Assembly (NCBI GenBank): GCA_016180135.1
Contig: JACPBV010000009.1
Location: forward strand, 19,248-83,247
Length of the DNA stretch: 64,000 nucleotides
Direction: 5' to 3'
Source of the DNA: Candidatus Woesearchaeota archaeon
GTDB taxonomy: Archaea; Nanobdellota; Nanobdellia; Woesearchaeales; JACPBV01
Shown: in pieces, positions 18,347 through 27,494 of the stretch
Position numbering within the stretch: the stretch's first letter is position 1
Layout: every line of letters begins with the position of its first letter
Program-made: the position numbers and the translations under genes
Notes under the pieces: generated by a model
Told to the model about the DNA's origin: nothing
Databases searched by the model: none
What the model saw: only the letters and a program-made list of their open reading frames with translations

Positions 18347-18928
18347 TCAAATCTCTTCAAGGCTGCGCTTTCTGATCAGTTCATCAATCTGGCTGGCAAC
18401 CTCAAACTCACTTCTAATTGATCCAGTTATTATAGCATGCCTCCATTTTTCAAGTAACCCAATTGGCTGAAAACTTTGTTTCATCCTTTGGTAAAGCTCC
18501 CATCTTTTTTCCGGGCTGCTGACATGGCCTTTGTTTTCCATCATCCTCTTTTTTGCAACATTATCCGGGCAGGCTACCTCAACCATCATAATTCCTGTAT
18601 GGTATCTATGGGCCGTCGAATAAAGAATCTCCCTATATTCCTTCCTGTCGCACCCAGAAGCAAGTGCCACGCACGCATTGCCTTCAATGAGATTACCAAT
18701 AATATCCGCCTTAGCCATATAAAATTCCATCCTTCTCCTTTGAAGAGCCTCATCTGAAGAGCTTCCAAAATCGATTCCTCTAAAAAAGTCCGTCTTTTTT
18801 CCATATTCGTCGGAATCAAAGAAATAGCAATCCCTGAGCTTTTTAGCAAATAATTTGCAGGCAGTTGTTTTCCCTGTCCCAGGCAGGCCATAAAAAATCA
18901 CCAATATTTTCCTTTTTTTTTGAGCCAT
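18347..18928 (-). CDS. P-loop kinase-like protein (AAA_33/zeta-toxin-like fold candidate)
   Basis: ILVIFYGLPGTGKTTACKLFA Walker A near the N-terminus and FFDSDEY shortly after. 193 aa. Confidence 0.6.
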   Translation of the reverse strand: MAQKKRKILVIFYGLPGTGKTTACKLFAKKLRDCYFFDSDEYGKKTDFFRGIDFGSSSDEALQRRRMEFYMAKADIIGNLIEGNACVALASGCDRKEYREILYSTAHRYHTGIMMVEVACPDNVAKKRMMENKGHVSSPEKRWELYQRMKQSFQPIGLLEKWRHAIITGSIRSEFEVASQIDELIRKRSLEEI

Positions 18929-18938
18929 TGTTCCGCCT

Positions 18939-19790
18939 TCATCTGGATTTAATCCTATTTCTTAATTCAAAAACATAATCCCCTGCCTTTCTCAGGAAGT
19001 AATCTTTTTCCTTTTTTGAAAGAGCTTTTCCTTTTGCCCGAAAATCAATGCACAAATGGACAATATGCCTTTCCTCCTTTTGCAGGTGCTTCGCAAGCTT
19101 TTTGAACGAAGGGTCGAAGGTATAGCCGTAATGGAACTGGGCATCAGCATTGCAGAGCCTCAGGATTGTTTTGATGAAATCGCTGAATGGCCTGTTGAAT
19201 GTTCCTTGGCGGATAGATGCAATATTGCGCTCAGCAAACCGCAGCCAGTAGCCGATTTCTTCTCTAGGGGAAATACCGCTTGTTGGAAATCTTGTGAAAT
19301 CAATTTTCCTGCCCAACACCCTTTTGAAGTGGGGGAATTGCTTCACTAAAACGCGGATGGGGATGCTAAATGATTTTCCTGAAGTAATCCTGCTTTTTGG
19401 CTTCCCCCCTTCAAGCTCACTGAGCGGAATGCCATGAAATTTAACCTCTCTCCCGCCGCACAAGGAATCCTTTTGCTCTTTGAAGAATGCATTGATCTTA
19501 TCTTCCTGACTAAAATCAAATTCTGAGCCTACGATGCAGAAAAGGTCAATATCACTCTCGGGCGTCCTTTCAGGCGTTAAGATAGTGCCTGCCAAATACA
19601 CCGTGATCAAATCCCCCCTAATCTCGTTTACTAAAAATCTGGCAATCCCGTTGATAGTTTTCTTAATCTGCCGGGTTTCTTTTGAATCCCAGGGGTAGGT
19701 GCGGAGCATGAGGGATAAAATATTGGCGAACTTTAAAAGCCTTTCCCGGAATTTTTTCTCGCAGCGTTGCCCGATAACCCTCACTTCCAA
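18939..19790 (-). CDS. Nucleotidyltransferase-domain protein (AadA/ANT-like architecture)
   Basis: ITVYLAGTILTPERTPESDIDLFCIV is a G[ST]-x(n)-DxD pol-beta-type NTase motif. It is followed by a ~170-aa helical C-terminal domain. Confidence 0.55.
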   Translation of the reverse strand: MEVRVIGQRCEKKFRERLLKFANILSLMLRTYPWDSKETRQIKKTINGIARFLVNEIRGDLITVYLAGTILTPERTPESDIDLFCIVGSEFDFSQEDKINAFFKEQKDSLCGGREVKFHGIPLSELEGGKPKSRITSGKSFSIPIRVLVKQFPHFKRVLGRKIDFTRFPTSGISPREEIGYWLRFAERNIASIRQGTFNRPFSDFIKTILRLCNADAQFHYGYTFDPSFKKLAKHLQKEERHIVHLCIDFRAKGKALSKKEKDYFLRKAGDYVFELRNRIKSR

Positions 19791-19984
19791 TGATCAAACC
19801 TCTCAGGGTTTAGCAGCCTCAATCCATGGCCCCTGCAATAGCTGACGAGTTCTCCAATATTGGTTATCAATATTTTTGGAGCGGCATTAATGTTTACGCA
19901 CAAACCCTTACCAAACACCCAATGTGAACCAAATTCAATTTTCGCATAATATGCTGGAGAAGCCGTTATATCCCAACTCACCAA
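19781..19984 (-). CDS. Hypothetical small ORF (67 aa, TTG start), possibly the frameshifted 3' part of the upstream ORF
   Basis: Overlaps neighbours on both sides (7 nt and 10 nt). Its frame stays open upstream through a G-run (complement of ~20004-20015). Confidence 0.3.
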   Translation of the reverse strand: MVSWDITASPAYYAKIEFGSHWVFGKGLCVNINAAPKILITNIGELVSYCRGHGLRLLNPERFDHWK

Positions 19985-20349
19985 ATTAGCAGAAAATATG
20001 GAATACCCCTCCCCCCTAACCTTTTGATATAACCATCAGGCCCGAAGAGTTTTTCAGCAATATCAGCAAAGCCCTTGAATGAGATCGCTCTCGGGCGTAA
20101 TGGCGCAAAAGAATCCGTGTTCACATAAATATTCCCATGCAGGTCACTATCTGGATACCGAAAAGGAGAGTTGCCTGATACCTCTGAATAATCATAGCCA
20201 AATAGTTCCATCCTGCCCTTGCCATTTTTATTCTCAAGTTCCACCTTAATATAATTGAAGGGAGTTTCCTGAGGCGCTAAAGCTAACCTAAACAGCCCAT
20301 ACACATCAGCTGCGGTGATGGTGTTTTTATTCTTTGGTTTTGGTTTCAT
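19978..20349 (-). CDS. Hypothetical protein (123 aa)
   Basis: ORF translationally coupled (4-nt overlap) to the upstream 301-aa gene. No motif recognised. Confidence 0.45.
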   Translation of the reverse strand: MKPKPKNKNTITAADVYGLFRLALAPQETPFNYIKVELENKNGKGRMELFGYDYSEVSGNSPFRYPDSDLHGNIYVNTDSFAPLRPRAISFKGFADIAEKLFGPDGYIKRLGGRGIPYFLLIW

Positions 20350-21251
20350 TTTTCATTCCTCCCCAATAGGATTATTGATAACTCTTTTACTTTTACCTTG
20401 AGCTCCTGAAGCAGATTTGAACAGACTGTTACTGTATCTTCTGCCTGTAAAAGAAACGTTGGCGGTTTCATCAAGCCAGTTCCAGCCAAAATGATTGTAT
20501 TTTCTGGCAGAAACATCTTTCCTTCCATCATCTCAACCTGGATTTTTTTTGATGGCGGCAGATCTTCCCCATGTTGGGTGACAAGGCTGCCATAATCCTT
20601 CAAAACCTTATCAGGCAGGGCAGAAAACAATTCTTTTCTTCCCCTCTCACCCAAAGCAGTTGAATATTTATGGTCAAAAATAATATTTCCTGCCCTTTCA
20701 ACTTTTAGCCCGATAGAAAAATTGATTTTCTCTAGCTCCCCAATATCCACGACAGGCTTAAACTCGCCGATGGCGAGACTTCCATCCCACACTTTGCCAA
20801 AAAAAGTTCCATCATGCCAGTTCCCTTCCTTATCTTTACATCTGCCGCCATATTCAACCTCAGGAGCGGTCAAGTCAATAGCAAGCGCTACTGCAATGAT
20901 CTTATGCTTTTCCCCAAGCAGGAGGGCAAGTTCTGGCTCGGGCCAGCAGGAAACCTTTGGGTTCCCCGGGAAAAGATTTATGCTCTCTCCAACACCAATA
21001 GCCATTTTTTTTGACTTAAGGAAATAGGAAAAATCTTTTTTTTGTGCGCTGTAAAACTTTTCCTCTGGAAGCCCCTTTGTGGCGTTCTTTCTGACTGCAA
21101 GGCTTGTATGGTAGGTGTATGCACATCCAATAATCTGGGGGGACAATATTTTTTTTGGAGGGCTTCCCTTATCTTGCCCGATTTTATTATCCCTGCCCTT
21201 ATCTTCTCCAACATTTTTCCCCCCACCATTACCTCTGCTTTGAATTTCCAT
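20346..21251 (-). CDS. Hypothetical protein with weak fumarylacetoacetate-hydrolase-family-like motifs
   Basis: WPEPELALLLGEKHKII resembles the FAH [DE]-x-E-x-E-L-x-x-[VI]-G block. ILAGTGLMKPPTFLLQAEDTVTV resembles the C-terminal GTP-x-G...GD block. The N-terminal 35 aa are Gly/Lys/Asp-rich. The functional call is tentative. Confidence 0.45.
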   Translation of the reverse strand: MEIQSRGNGGGKNVGEDKGRDNKIGQDKGSPPKKILSPQIIGCAYTYHTSLAVRKNATKGLPEEKFYSAQKKDFSYFLKSKKMAIGVGESINLFPGNPKVSCWPEPELALLLGEKHKIIAVALAIDLTAPEVEYGGRCKDKEGNWHDGTFFGKVWDGSLAIGEFKPVVDIGELEKINFSIGLKVERAGNIIFDHKYSTALGERGRKELFSALPDKVLKDYGSLVTQHGEDLPPSKKIQVEMMEGKMFLPENTIILAGTGLMKPPTFLLQAEDTVTVCSNLLQELKVKVKELSIILLGRNEK

Positions 21252-21252
21252 C

Positions 21253-21912
21253 CTACATCCACCTCACTTTTTGCTTTCGTTTTGGAACAATCAGCTCTCC
21301 ACTGCTTATCCGGTATCTTGTTGGTTCCGTTGGGCCTATAGAAACTATTTTTGGCTTCTGCCGAGCGTAACCAAGCGCAATGATAGATGGAATTGCGAAC
21401 TTTTCAGGAATGTGAAGTGCTTCTTTAATTGCCCGCTCGTCGATTCCTGCAAGGACGCAGCTGCTGACACCTTCAAGCTCCGCCTGCACCACCATAAACC
21501 CGATAACAATTCCAATGCTGATGTCAATAGACCGCTTGGCTTTTTGCGCTTCTTTCCCACTATCCCGCCCATAAAATTTTTTAATGAGCCCATTGACTTC
21601 AACCTTGTCCGCCAGTGGAATGGTATAGGCACTTGGATGTTCACCATTCTTTGGGGCATAGCCTTGTACGCGCCTGGCCCATGAGATAGCCGGGAATATT
21701 TTCTTCCGTTTACTGTCGGATTGAACGACAAGGAATGATAGCGGCTGCAGGTTGCACGAAAATGGTGCATAGTGCGCGCTGTTAACAATCCGCTTCAGTA
21801 TCTGGAGCGGGATTCTCTCATCTTCCATGAACTTCCTTACAGACCTTCTTTTGCCCATTATCTCCAGCGTTTCTTTTGGGTCAACCATTTTGAATCTCAC
21901 CATACTCCTCAA
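21253..21912 (-). CDS. Nitroreductase-family flavoprotein
   Basis: ETLEIMGKRRSVRKF, AHYAPFSCNLQP and IIALGYA are canonical nitroreductase-fold motifs. The true start may be one of the internal Met codons at 21903 or 21888. Confidence 0.8.
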   Translation of the reverse strand: MRSMVRFKMVDPKETLEIMGKRRSVRKFMEDERIPLQILKRIVNSAHYAPFSCNLQPLSFLVVQSDSKRKKIFPAISWARRVQGYAPKNGEHPSAYTIPLADKVEVNGLIKKFYGRDSGKEAQKAKRSIDISIGIVIGFMVVQAELEGVSSCVLAGIDERAIKEALHIPEKFAIPSIIALGYARQKPKIVSIGPTEPTRYRISSGELIVPKRKQKVRWM

Positions 21913-23116
21913 TCAGCTTTTTTCTGATAGGTTCCTTGTACCGCAGGTTCGCCAGGTCATTCCCAAGCTTGCTTGCAAATTCCTCCTTTCCGATGTTCCC
22001 TTCCTGCACATGAAGGTATGCGTTGAGCGTTCTTCCCAGTAAGTGGATGATGGTCTGTGCAATCTGTGCGCTTAAAGCGGGATGTTCAGGAATTCTTAAT
22101 GAAAAGAATCTGACTTCTTTTTTCTGTGCAGCAAGGCTGATACGTCGCTCTATCTCTTTGTCTTGCTCAGTTGAAAAAAACAGGGCAATATCTCCTTCAG
22201 AGCTGTTGTCTGCAATCTCAATAGCATGATTGAAGCCATCGCCTCCGTCATTCCCTACACCGCTGAGGTGGATGAAGTCAAATCCTGAAATCACCATATT
22301 CGAAGGTCTTTTTTGGATGTGGGACAGCCCATCCCATTTGAGGTTGTGCATGCCGTGGTGTGCCTGGATAGCGACATTGCCCATGCAGGGAGCTTCAATG
22401 AAAACTTTCTGCCCATCTGTAAAAGCTTTTGCGATTGATGCAGAAGCCTCAACAATTTGATTAGGATCAATAAGCTGCAATTCCTTGTCAAGCATCTGTG
22501 CATAGTGCTTAATCTGCTCTAGAACATTTTGCTCATCTAACGTTGTAGAGCACGCAATCGAAGCCAGCTGGCAGGTAATCTGCAATGCAGCATGGGTGAT
22601 GTCCTCTGCTATCTGCTGGTCTGGTTCAGCGATGATTACCTGAAGGAGTGGCTTTGCTTCATAATCATTGCAGATCTTCCCGTTCTGTGAGATAGAAATA
22701 GGGACTATTTCTTTTTTCTTGCAGAGTTTTGATACATTAAGGATGTTTAAGGAGTTACCACTTGCAGAAATGAGAACTGCAACATCTCCCTTTCTCCCCT
22801 TTCTGATGACCTCTTGGTTGAACACAATCTCATTAGGCCATTTTATCGCCCGATGATAGGGGACATTGGCGTAGGAATCAAAGGGAAATTCCTGGGGAAT
22901 GCTAAAAATAAGGGAATCGATGAACTGCTCTGCCAATGCAGCGCTTCCCCCATTTCCGAAAGCAAAAACTCTCTGCCCCTGCTTGATGGCTTCAGCTATT
23001 GTGCAGGCTATTTGGATAAGCGCAGCGGGTTCCAATGCGAGTATTCCTTTCAGTAATCGGGGGGTATAATATTTCCAGGTGAAATCTGCTGTAGAGTTCT
23101 CATAAATATTTACCAT
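21881..23116 (-). CDS. Tandem SIS-domain (sugar isomerase/sugar-phosphate-binding) protein
   Basis: First half: QRVFAFGNGGSAALAEQF and DVAVLISASGNS (GmhA/DiaA-type). The second half repeats the layout (QKVFIEAPCMGN...DIALFFSTEQD). Confidence 0.7.
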   Translation of the reverse strand: MVNIYENSTADFTWKYYTPRLLKGILALEPAALIQIACTIAEAIKQGQRVFAFGNGGSAALAEQFIDSLIFSIPQEFPFDSYANVPYHRAIKWPNEIVFNQEVIRKGRKGDVAVLISASGNSLNILNVSKLCKKKEIVPISISQNGKICNDYEAKPLLQVIIAEPDQQIAEDITHAALQITCQLASIACSTTLDEQNVLEQIKHYAQMLDKELQLIDPNQIVEASASIAKAFTDGQKVFIEAPCMGNVAIQAHHGMHNLKWDGLSHIQKRPSNMVISGFDFIHLSGVGNDGGDGFNHAIEIADNSSEGDIALFFSTEQDKEIERRISLAAQKKEVRFFSLRIPEHPALSAQIAQTIIHLLGRTLNAYLHVQEGNIGKEEFASKLGNDLANLRYKEPIRKKLIEEYGEIQNG

Positions 23117-23357
23117 ACCTAAGTGGTTACATAATCTAGATTATTAATGTTATCACTATAATTATACTTTTATTCCAAAAAATATATAAATAAATAGATA
23201 AATGAGTAAGAATAATGCCAGAATTACCTACAATATACCTATAAATCAAGGCAATCATAATGGGTAATCCGTCAAATTTCACCAACTAAAAATCCAAAAC
23301 CTTTAAATACTTAATTTACTTGATATCACGTAAAATACTTAAAACGAGGTGAAAACT

Positions 23358-23576
23358 ATGCCGCATAACATGACCGTAACGATTGAAGACGACCTTTGGG
23401 AGGAGATGAAAAAGAACAACCAGGTGAGATGGAGCGCTGTTATGAGGGATGGTGCTAGGGAGAAGCTAAAGGCTTTGAAGGCTTTTGATGAGCTGGTGCA
23501 TAAAAACAAGCTGAGCGATGAAGAAATCAGGGAATTTGCAGTTTCCTTAGGAAAAAAGGTAACAGGGCGCAAATGA
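23358..23576 (+). CDS. Ribbon-helix-helix-type antitoxin candidate
   Basis: MPHNMTVTIEDDLWEEMKK...WSAVMRDGAREKLK. AGGTGA lies 7 nt upstream of ATG 23358. 4-nt overlap (ATGA) with the PIN gene. Confidence 0.6.
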   Translation: MPHNMTVTIEDDLWEEMKKNNQVRWSAVMRDGAREKLKALKAFDELVHKNKLSDEEIREFAVSLGKKVTGRK

Positions 23577-24025
23577 TTGTGATTGTTGATGCCAATATCC
23601 TAATCTCTGCATTAGTTGGCTCAAGAAGGGTTTTAGCTTTGTTGCTGTCAGAAAAATATTCGTTTTATACGCCAGGAAAGATAGCCCGGGAGGTTAGGAA
23701 ATACCGCCTGGAAATATGCAGGAAAGCGGGCTACTCAGAAGAAATTTTTGAAGGATACTTCAATTTTCTTTTTCTCTTTGTTAAGCTTGTTGATGAATTC
23801 TCTTATGTGGCTTGCATGCAGAAAGCAATATCGATTTTGGGGATGAGGGACATAAAAGACGCAGACTATCTTGCATCTGCCCTTAGCCTTAGTGCAGCCT
23901 TCATCTGGACAGACGACAAAGACTTCACTGCCCAGCATCTTGTCAAAGTTAAAACAACTGCCCAGTTCATTGCAGAGCATAAAGCCAAATCAGAAAACAA
24001 TGGAAACGACAATAGCGCCTCTTGA
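23573..24025 (+). CDS. PIN-domain toxin candidate
   Basis: MIVIVDANILISALVGS (first acidic motif), DIKDADYLASAL, FIWTDDKDF. Confidence 0.75.
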   Translation: MIVIVDANILISALVGSRRVLALLLSEKYSFYTPGKIAREVRKYRLEICRKAGYSEEIFEGYFNFLFLFVKLVDEFSYVACMQKAISILGMRDIKDADYLASALSLSAAFIWTDDKDFTAQHLVKVKTTAQFIAEHKAKSENNGNDNSAS

Positions 24026-24968
24026 TCTCCTCGACAAAAAGCTCATGTATGAGCTTGACCTAAATGCAAGGCTCTCGGCCTCAAAGCTTGCCAAAAAGCT
24101 CAGGAAAAGCAAAGAAACAGTCAACTTCAGGCTTAACCGCTTATTGAAGGAAGGCTGCATCAACTATTTCTACACTGTCTGCAACACCTCAAAGCTCGGC
24201 TACTATTACTATAAAATCTATGCTAAATTCAAGAATCTAACGCCGGAAAAAGAAAAAGAATTGTTTGCCTACATCCAAAAGCAGCCCCATCTTTCCTATC
24301 TTGCCAGCGTAGAGGGAGTTTACGATGCGGTTTTCCTGATCATGGTGAAGAGCCCCGGAGATATGAAATCATTCCTCGACCCTTTTATGGAAACTTATGG
24401 CGATTATGTCCAGGAAAAAGAGATTGTTGCGTTTTTAGAAACACACAGGCTTAACTGCCAGTTCCTCTATGCCGGCGAAGAGCATCGGGACACGTATCAC
24501 GCCGGAATTATCGAGAACTATGCATTGGATGAAACCGACAAAAAAATTCTTTCTCAGCTCTCCGTCAATGCGCGCATGCCAGTCATGAAGATGGCAAAAG
24601 CCCTCAGGATTGATCATAAAGCCATCGCTTACCGGATGAAAAAGCTTGAAAAATCCAACGTTATCATGCGTTATGTCACTTCCCCCAACTTTGAAAAGCT
24701 GGGCTTGCAGTTCTACCAGATGAACATTGCATTAAATGATCCCAGGGCAAAAAAATCGATCATAGACTTCTTTGCAGCAACAAAATCCTGCCTTTTTGCC
24801 ATCGAGCTGCTGGGAAAGTATGACTTATTGGTTGAGCTCCATCTCCCTTCCCATAAAGAGCTGCATGCCTTAATGGACAGCTTCAAGGCAAGATTTGTAG
24901 GCAGGTATAATTACTATGACATTCTGACAATTACCAAAGAATACCTCATGGTGTGGAATCCGTTCTGA
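24000..24968 (+). CDS. Lrp/AsnC-type regulator with two winged-helix modules (322 aa as trimmed)
   Basis: LDLLDKKLMYELDLNARLSASKLAKKLRKSKETVNFRLNRLLKEG, and a second copy LDETDKKILSQLSVNARMPVMKMAKALRIDHKAIAYRMKKLEKSN. Start trimmed to METT (ATG 24000). Confidence 0.7.
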   Translation: METTIAPLDLLDKKLMYELDLNARLSASKLAKKLRKSKETVNFRLNRLLKEGCINYFYTVCNTSKLGYYYYKIYAKFKNLTPEKEKELFAYIQKQPHLSYLASVEGVYDAVFLIMVKSPGDMKSFLDPFMETYGDYVQEKEIVAFLETHRLNCQFLYAGEEHRDTYHAGIIENYALDETDKKILSQLSVNARMPVMKMAKALRIDHKAIAYRMKKLEKSNVIMRYVTSPNFEKLGLQFYQMNIALNDPRAKKSIIDFFAATKSCLFAIELLGKYDLLVELHLPSHKELHALMDSFKARFVGRYNYYDILTITKEYLMVWNPF

Positions 24969-25124
24969 AAAATTCCTTTCTGGCGTTGATCCTCCAACAG
25001 AAAAAATCTCCGTTTTTTCCTCACTGCCCAGTCCAAACAGGTAAAAACCCCGTTCGAAAGATTTATATACTGCAGTATACCTTTCTCAATCTAACGTTTG
25101 GAGAGGTGGTGGGGGTTCGGGTTT

Positions 25125-25391
25125 ATGAACAATAAAGTCTTTAATGTATTCTTTAGAGAAAAGCCTGCAATGATGCTGGTCAACTTGAAGAACACCAAAG
25201 ATTCGACATATGCATCTTCGCTGGCAAAGCAGATTGACTGCACCTATTCCCATGTTGTCAAAATCCTGCAGCAGATGTCCGATGCCGGCCTGGTTAATTT
25301 CGAGAAGCAGGGCCGATTGAAGCTCCTTACCCTGACAAAAAAAGGCCAGGAAGTAGCCGACAACATCGACACGATAAGGGTGGCGCTGTAA
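25125..25391 (+). CDS. Small winged-helix (MarR/ArsR-like) DNA-binding protein
   Basis: STYASSLAKQIDCTYSHVVKILQQMSDAGLVNFEKQGRLKLLTLTKKGQEVA. A GAGAGGTGGTGGGGG purine-rich tract lies before ATG 25125. Confidence 0.6.
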   Translation: MNNKVFNVFFREKPAMMLVNLKNTKDSTYASSLAKQIDCTYSHVVKILQQMSDAGLVNFEKQGRLKLLTLTKKGQEVADNIDTIRVAL

Positions 25392-25392
25392 G

Positions 25393-25650
25393 ATGGCGCT
25401 GACAATCGAAAGGCGGAATGCAAATGGTGTTAGCATCACTTTTCCAGTATATCACTCTATTGAAGAATTAGCGAATAACCCCCCTGCTATTGGTCATTGG
25501 ATAAGCTTTCCAGACCCAACCTGCCACAACCAAACAAGATATGCAGTTATCGTTGATATAGGTGGTTCTCCTTACATTGCTTCTTATGAGGCGCTTGGGG
25601 GGAGACTACATCTTATGGGTTTAGTGAGAGAGACACACCCTTGGAGATAA
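25393..25650 (+). CDS. Hypothetical protein (85 aa)
   Basis: The start is separated by 1 nt from the preceding stop (TAAGATG). No motif recognised. Confidence 0.4.
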   Translation: MALTIERRNANGVSITFPVYHSIEELANNPPAIGHWISFPDPTCHNQTRYAVIVDIGGSPYIASYEALGGRLHLMGLVRETHPWR

Positions 25651-25668
25651 TCATTCCCCTTTGAAAAA

Positions 25669-25803
25669 ATGCCAGCCGAATGCCGAGAGCCAAACTGCGA
25701 AAAGCCTGCCACTAAAGTCTGGAATGGCCGCAATGTCTGCGCAGACCACTTTGACAAATATCAGGACCAGCACGAAGAGATGTTAAGGGATTTGCATCAT
25801 TAG
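25669..25803 (+). CDS. Possible small zinc-ribbon-like protein (44 aa; below ORF-track cutoff)
   Basis: My translation is MPAECREPNCEKPATKVWNGRNVCADHFDKYQDQHEEMLRDLHH, with C-x4-C...C-x2-H spacing. Third ORF in the same orientation after the wHTH gene. Confidence 0.3.
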   Translation: MPAECREPNCEKPATKVWNGRNVCADHFDKYQDQHEEMLRDLHH

Positions 25804-25827
25804 AACAGGGCCCACCTGCACATACAA

Positions 25828-27243
25828 TCAGTTCACAACCTCCTCCCTCGCCCTGCTCTCTAATACCATTTGCGCTTCTTTCATGAAATCTTCAACCTTT
25901 TCCCCTTTGATCATCGCTCCGGCAGCATACATATGCCCTCCTGCCTCCCCGCCTGCTTTTTCAGCGATTCTTTTGATGACATCCCTCAGGTCTATCCCGT
26001 TCCTTCCTGTCATGCGGAGCGAAACCTTGTAATTGCCGTCAAGCAGGTCAGCCATTGACATGATGAATGTCCCTTTCCTGAGCTTAGTGGATTTTGAAAG
26101 AATGGAAGCCATCGTCCCGATCATGCTTGCCTTGATGTCGCTCCCCGCATTGATGATAAGATATCCATCTCCTTTCATGACTTTCCCGCCATCCTTGTTT
26201 TCATCAAACCATCTCATCGCATTGATGATCATCTTCTTGTACCCTACCAGGCTGGCCATTGCCCTTTCTTTCGCTTTTTTATCCCCCAGGCATGCGCCGA
26301 TCCCCAGCGAGGCCTTATCCAGCCTCCCGCAGGCATTGAGCAAAGTCGAGAATTCTTTCATATCACGGAAAGGGCTTTCTTTTTCCTCTTCATTCAGGAT
26401 ATAGACATTCCCCAGCACATCTTCCGGCTTCTCTTCCCCCAATCTTCTGATGATGATCCCGGAAACCAGTTTTTTTATCTCTTCCTGGTCAAGGTGCACA
26501 ATCTTTCTCCATTCATTCCCATTCTTTGCCTGGATGCCCGTCTCATGCAAAAACTGGATTGCACCGGACTCGCTTCCGCTCACTCCGGGAATAAAAGGGT
26601 CAGTGCAGTATTCCAATACTTTATGCAGCGGCCTGGTCTGCGCCCCAAAAATACGGAGCCCTGTGATTACCTTTACTTTTCCGTTCCGGACAGCAATATC
26701 CAGGATTTCTTTGTTTAGTGTCAAAAATCCTTTCCCGTCTTCCTGGACATCCCCAGTTGCCCCCACAAGGGCGATCCCTGCGAGATCCTCAACTGCCTTG
26801 TTCAGGCCTTTTACAAAGAGATAGACAACTCCTGCCCCGGAAATCTCCTTGCCGCCATCAATCCCGAAGAGGTGCGGATTGACATGCACAAAACTGCTGG
26901 GCAGCTTGATCTTTTCCGGCTCATGATGGTCAAGCACGATCACCTGCCGGTCAAAAAGATGTTTCTTCAAAAAACTTAACTGCCCGGACCCAAGATCCGT
27001 AAAGATAAAATGTTCGTAAGGCTCTTTGCTCAATCCAAGGATGACATCATCGGTAAGCTGCTGCACGATGCTCAGAGAATATTTCCTGTTGTCTGTGTTC
27101 AGTGCCTTGACCATGATGGAGCATGCGCATATCCCGTCGGCATCAAGATGCGACACCAGCCGTATAGTCTCTTTCCGGTCAATCTCCTTAAACTTTTCAA
27201 GGCAGACAGCCATATACTCCTTGAATTGCGAATAGTTGTCCAT
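25828..27243 (-). CDS. DHH/DHHA1 phosphoesterase, archaeal RecJ/GAN-like nuclease
   Basis: SHLDADGICACSIM (motif I), FTDLGSG (II), VLDHHEP (III), GATGD (IV), and the DHHA1 motif GGHMYAAGA. Confidence 0.85.
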   Translation of the reverse strand: MDNYSQFKEYMAVCLEKFKEIDRKETIRLVSHLDADGICACSIMVKALNTDNRKYSLSIVQQLTDDVILGLSKEPYEHFIFTDLGSGQLSFLKKHLFDRQVIVLDHHEPEKIKLPSSFVHVNPHLFGIDGGKEISGAGVVYLFVKGLNKAVEDLAGIALVGATGDVQEDGKGFLTLNKEILDIAVRNGKVKVITGLRIFGAQTRPLHKVLEYCTDPFIPGVSGSESGAIQFLHETGIQAKNGNEWRKIVHLDQEEIKKLVSGIIIRRLGEEKPEDVLGNVYILNEEEKESPFRDMKEFSTLLNACGRLDKASLGIGACLGDKKAKERAMASLVGYKKMIINAMRWFDENKDGGKVMKGDGYLIINAGSDIKASMIGTMASILSKSTKLRKGTFIMSMADLLDGNYKVSLRMTGRNGIDLRDVIKRIAEKAGGEAGGHMYAAGAMIKGEKVEDFMKEAQMVLESRAREEVVN

Positions 27244-27322
27244 GAAAACACCTTAAATAAAATTGAGTAAAACAAATTTTTCCGGGCAAGCTTATATTTA
27301 TAACTTTGTAATCATTGATAGG

Positions 27323-27494
27323 GAAAGATTACATTTCGGAAGAAATGCTAATCTTGAAGAAATGTCTCAATACATTTCGAAAGATTACCTTTCCGAAGAA
27401 AGGCTAATCTTGAAGAAATGTCTCAATACATTTCGAAAGATTACCTTTCCGAAGAAAGGCTAATCTTGAAGAGATGCGACCGCAGGAGCATTTC
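27323..27494. repeat. 56-bp tandem direct repeat, about 2.7 copies
   Basis: Units start at 27323, 27379 and 27435. Units 1 and 2 differ at 3 of 56 positions. Unit 3 is identical to unit 2 for 40 nt and then diverges. Unit junctions create the palindrome TTTCGAAA. Confidence 0.9.

Noticed and set aside
27263-27463. 66-aa plus-strand ORF upstream of the giant gene
   Set aside because: It is a translation of the 56-bp tandem repeat, and the peptide repeats itself.
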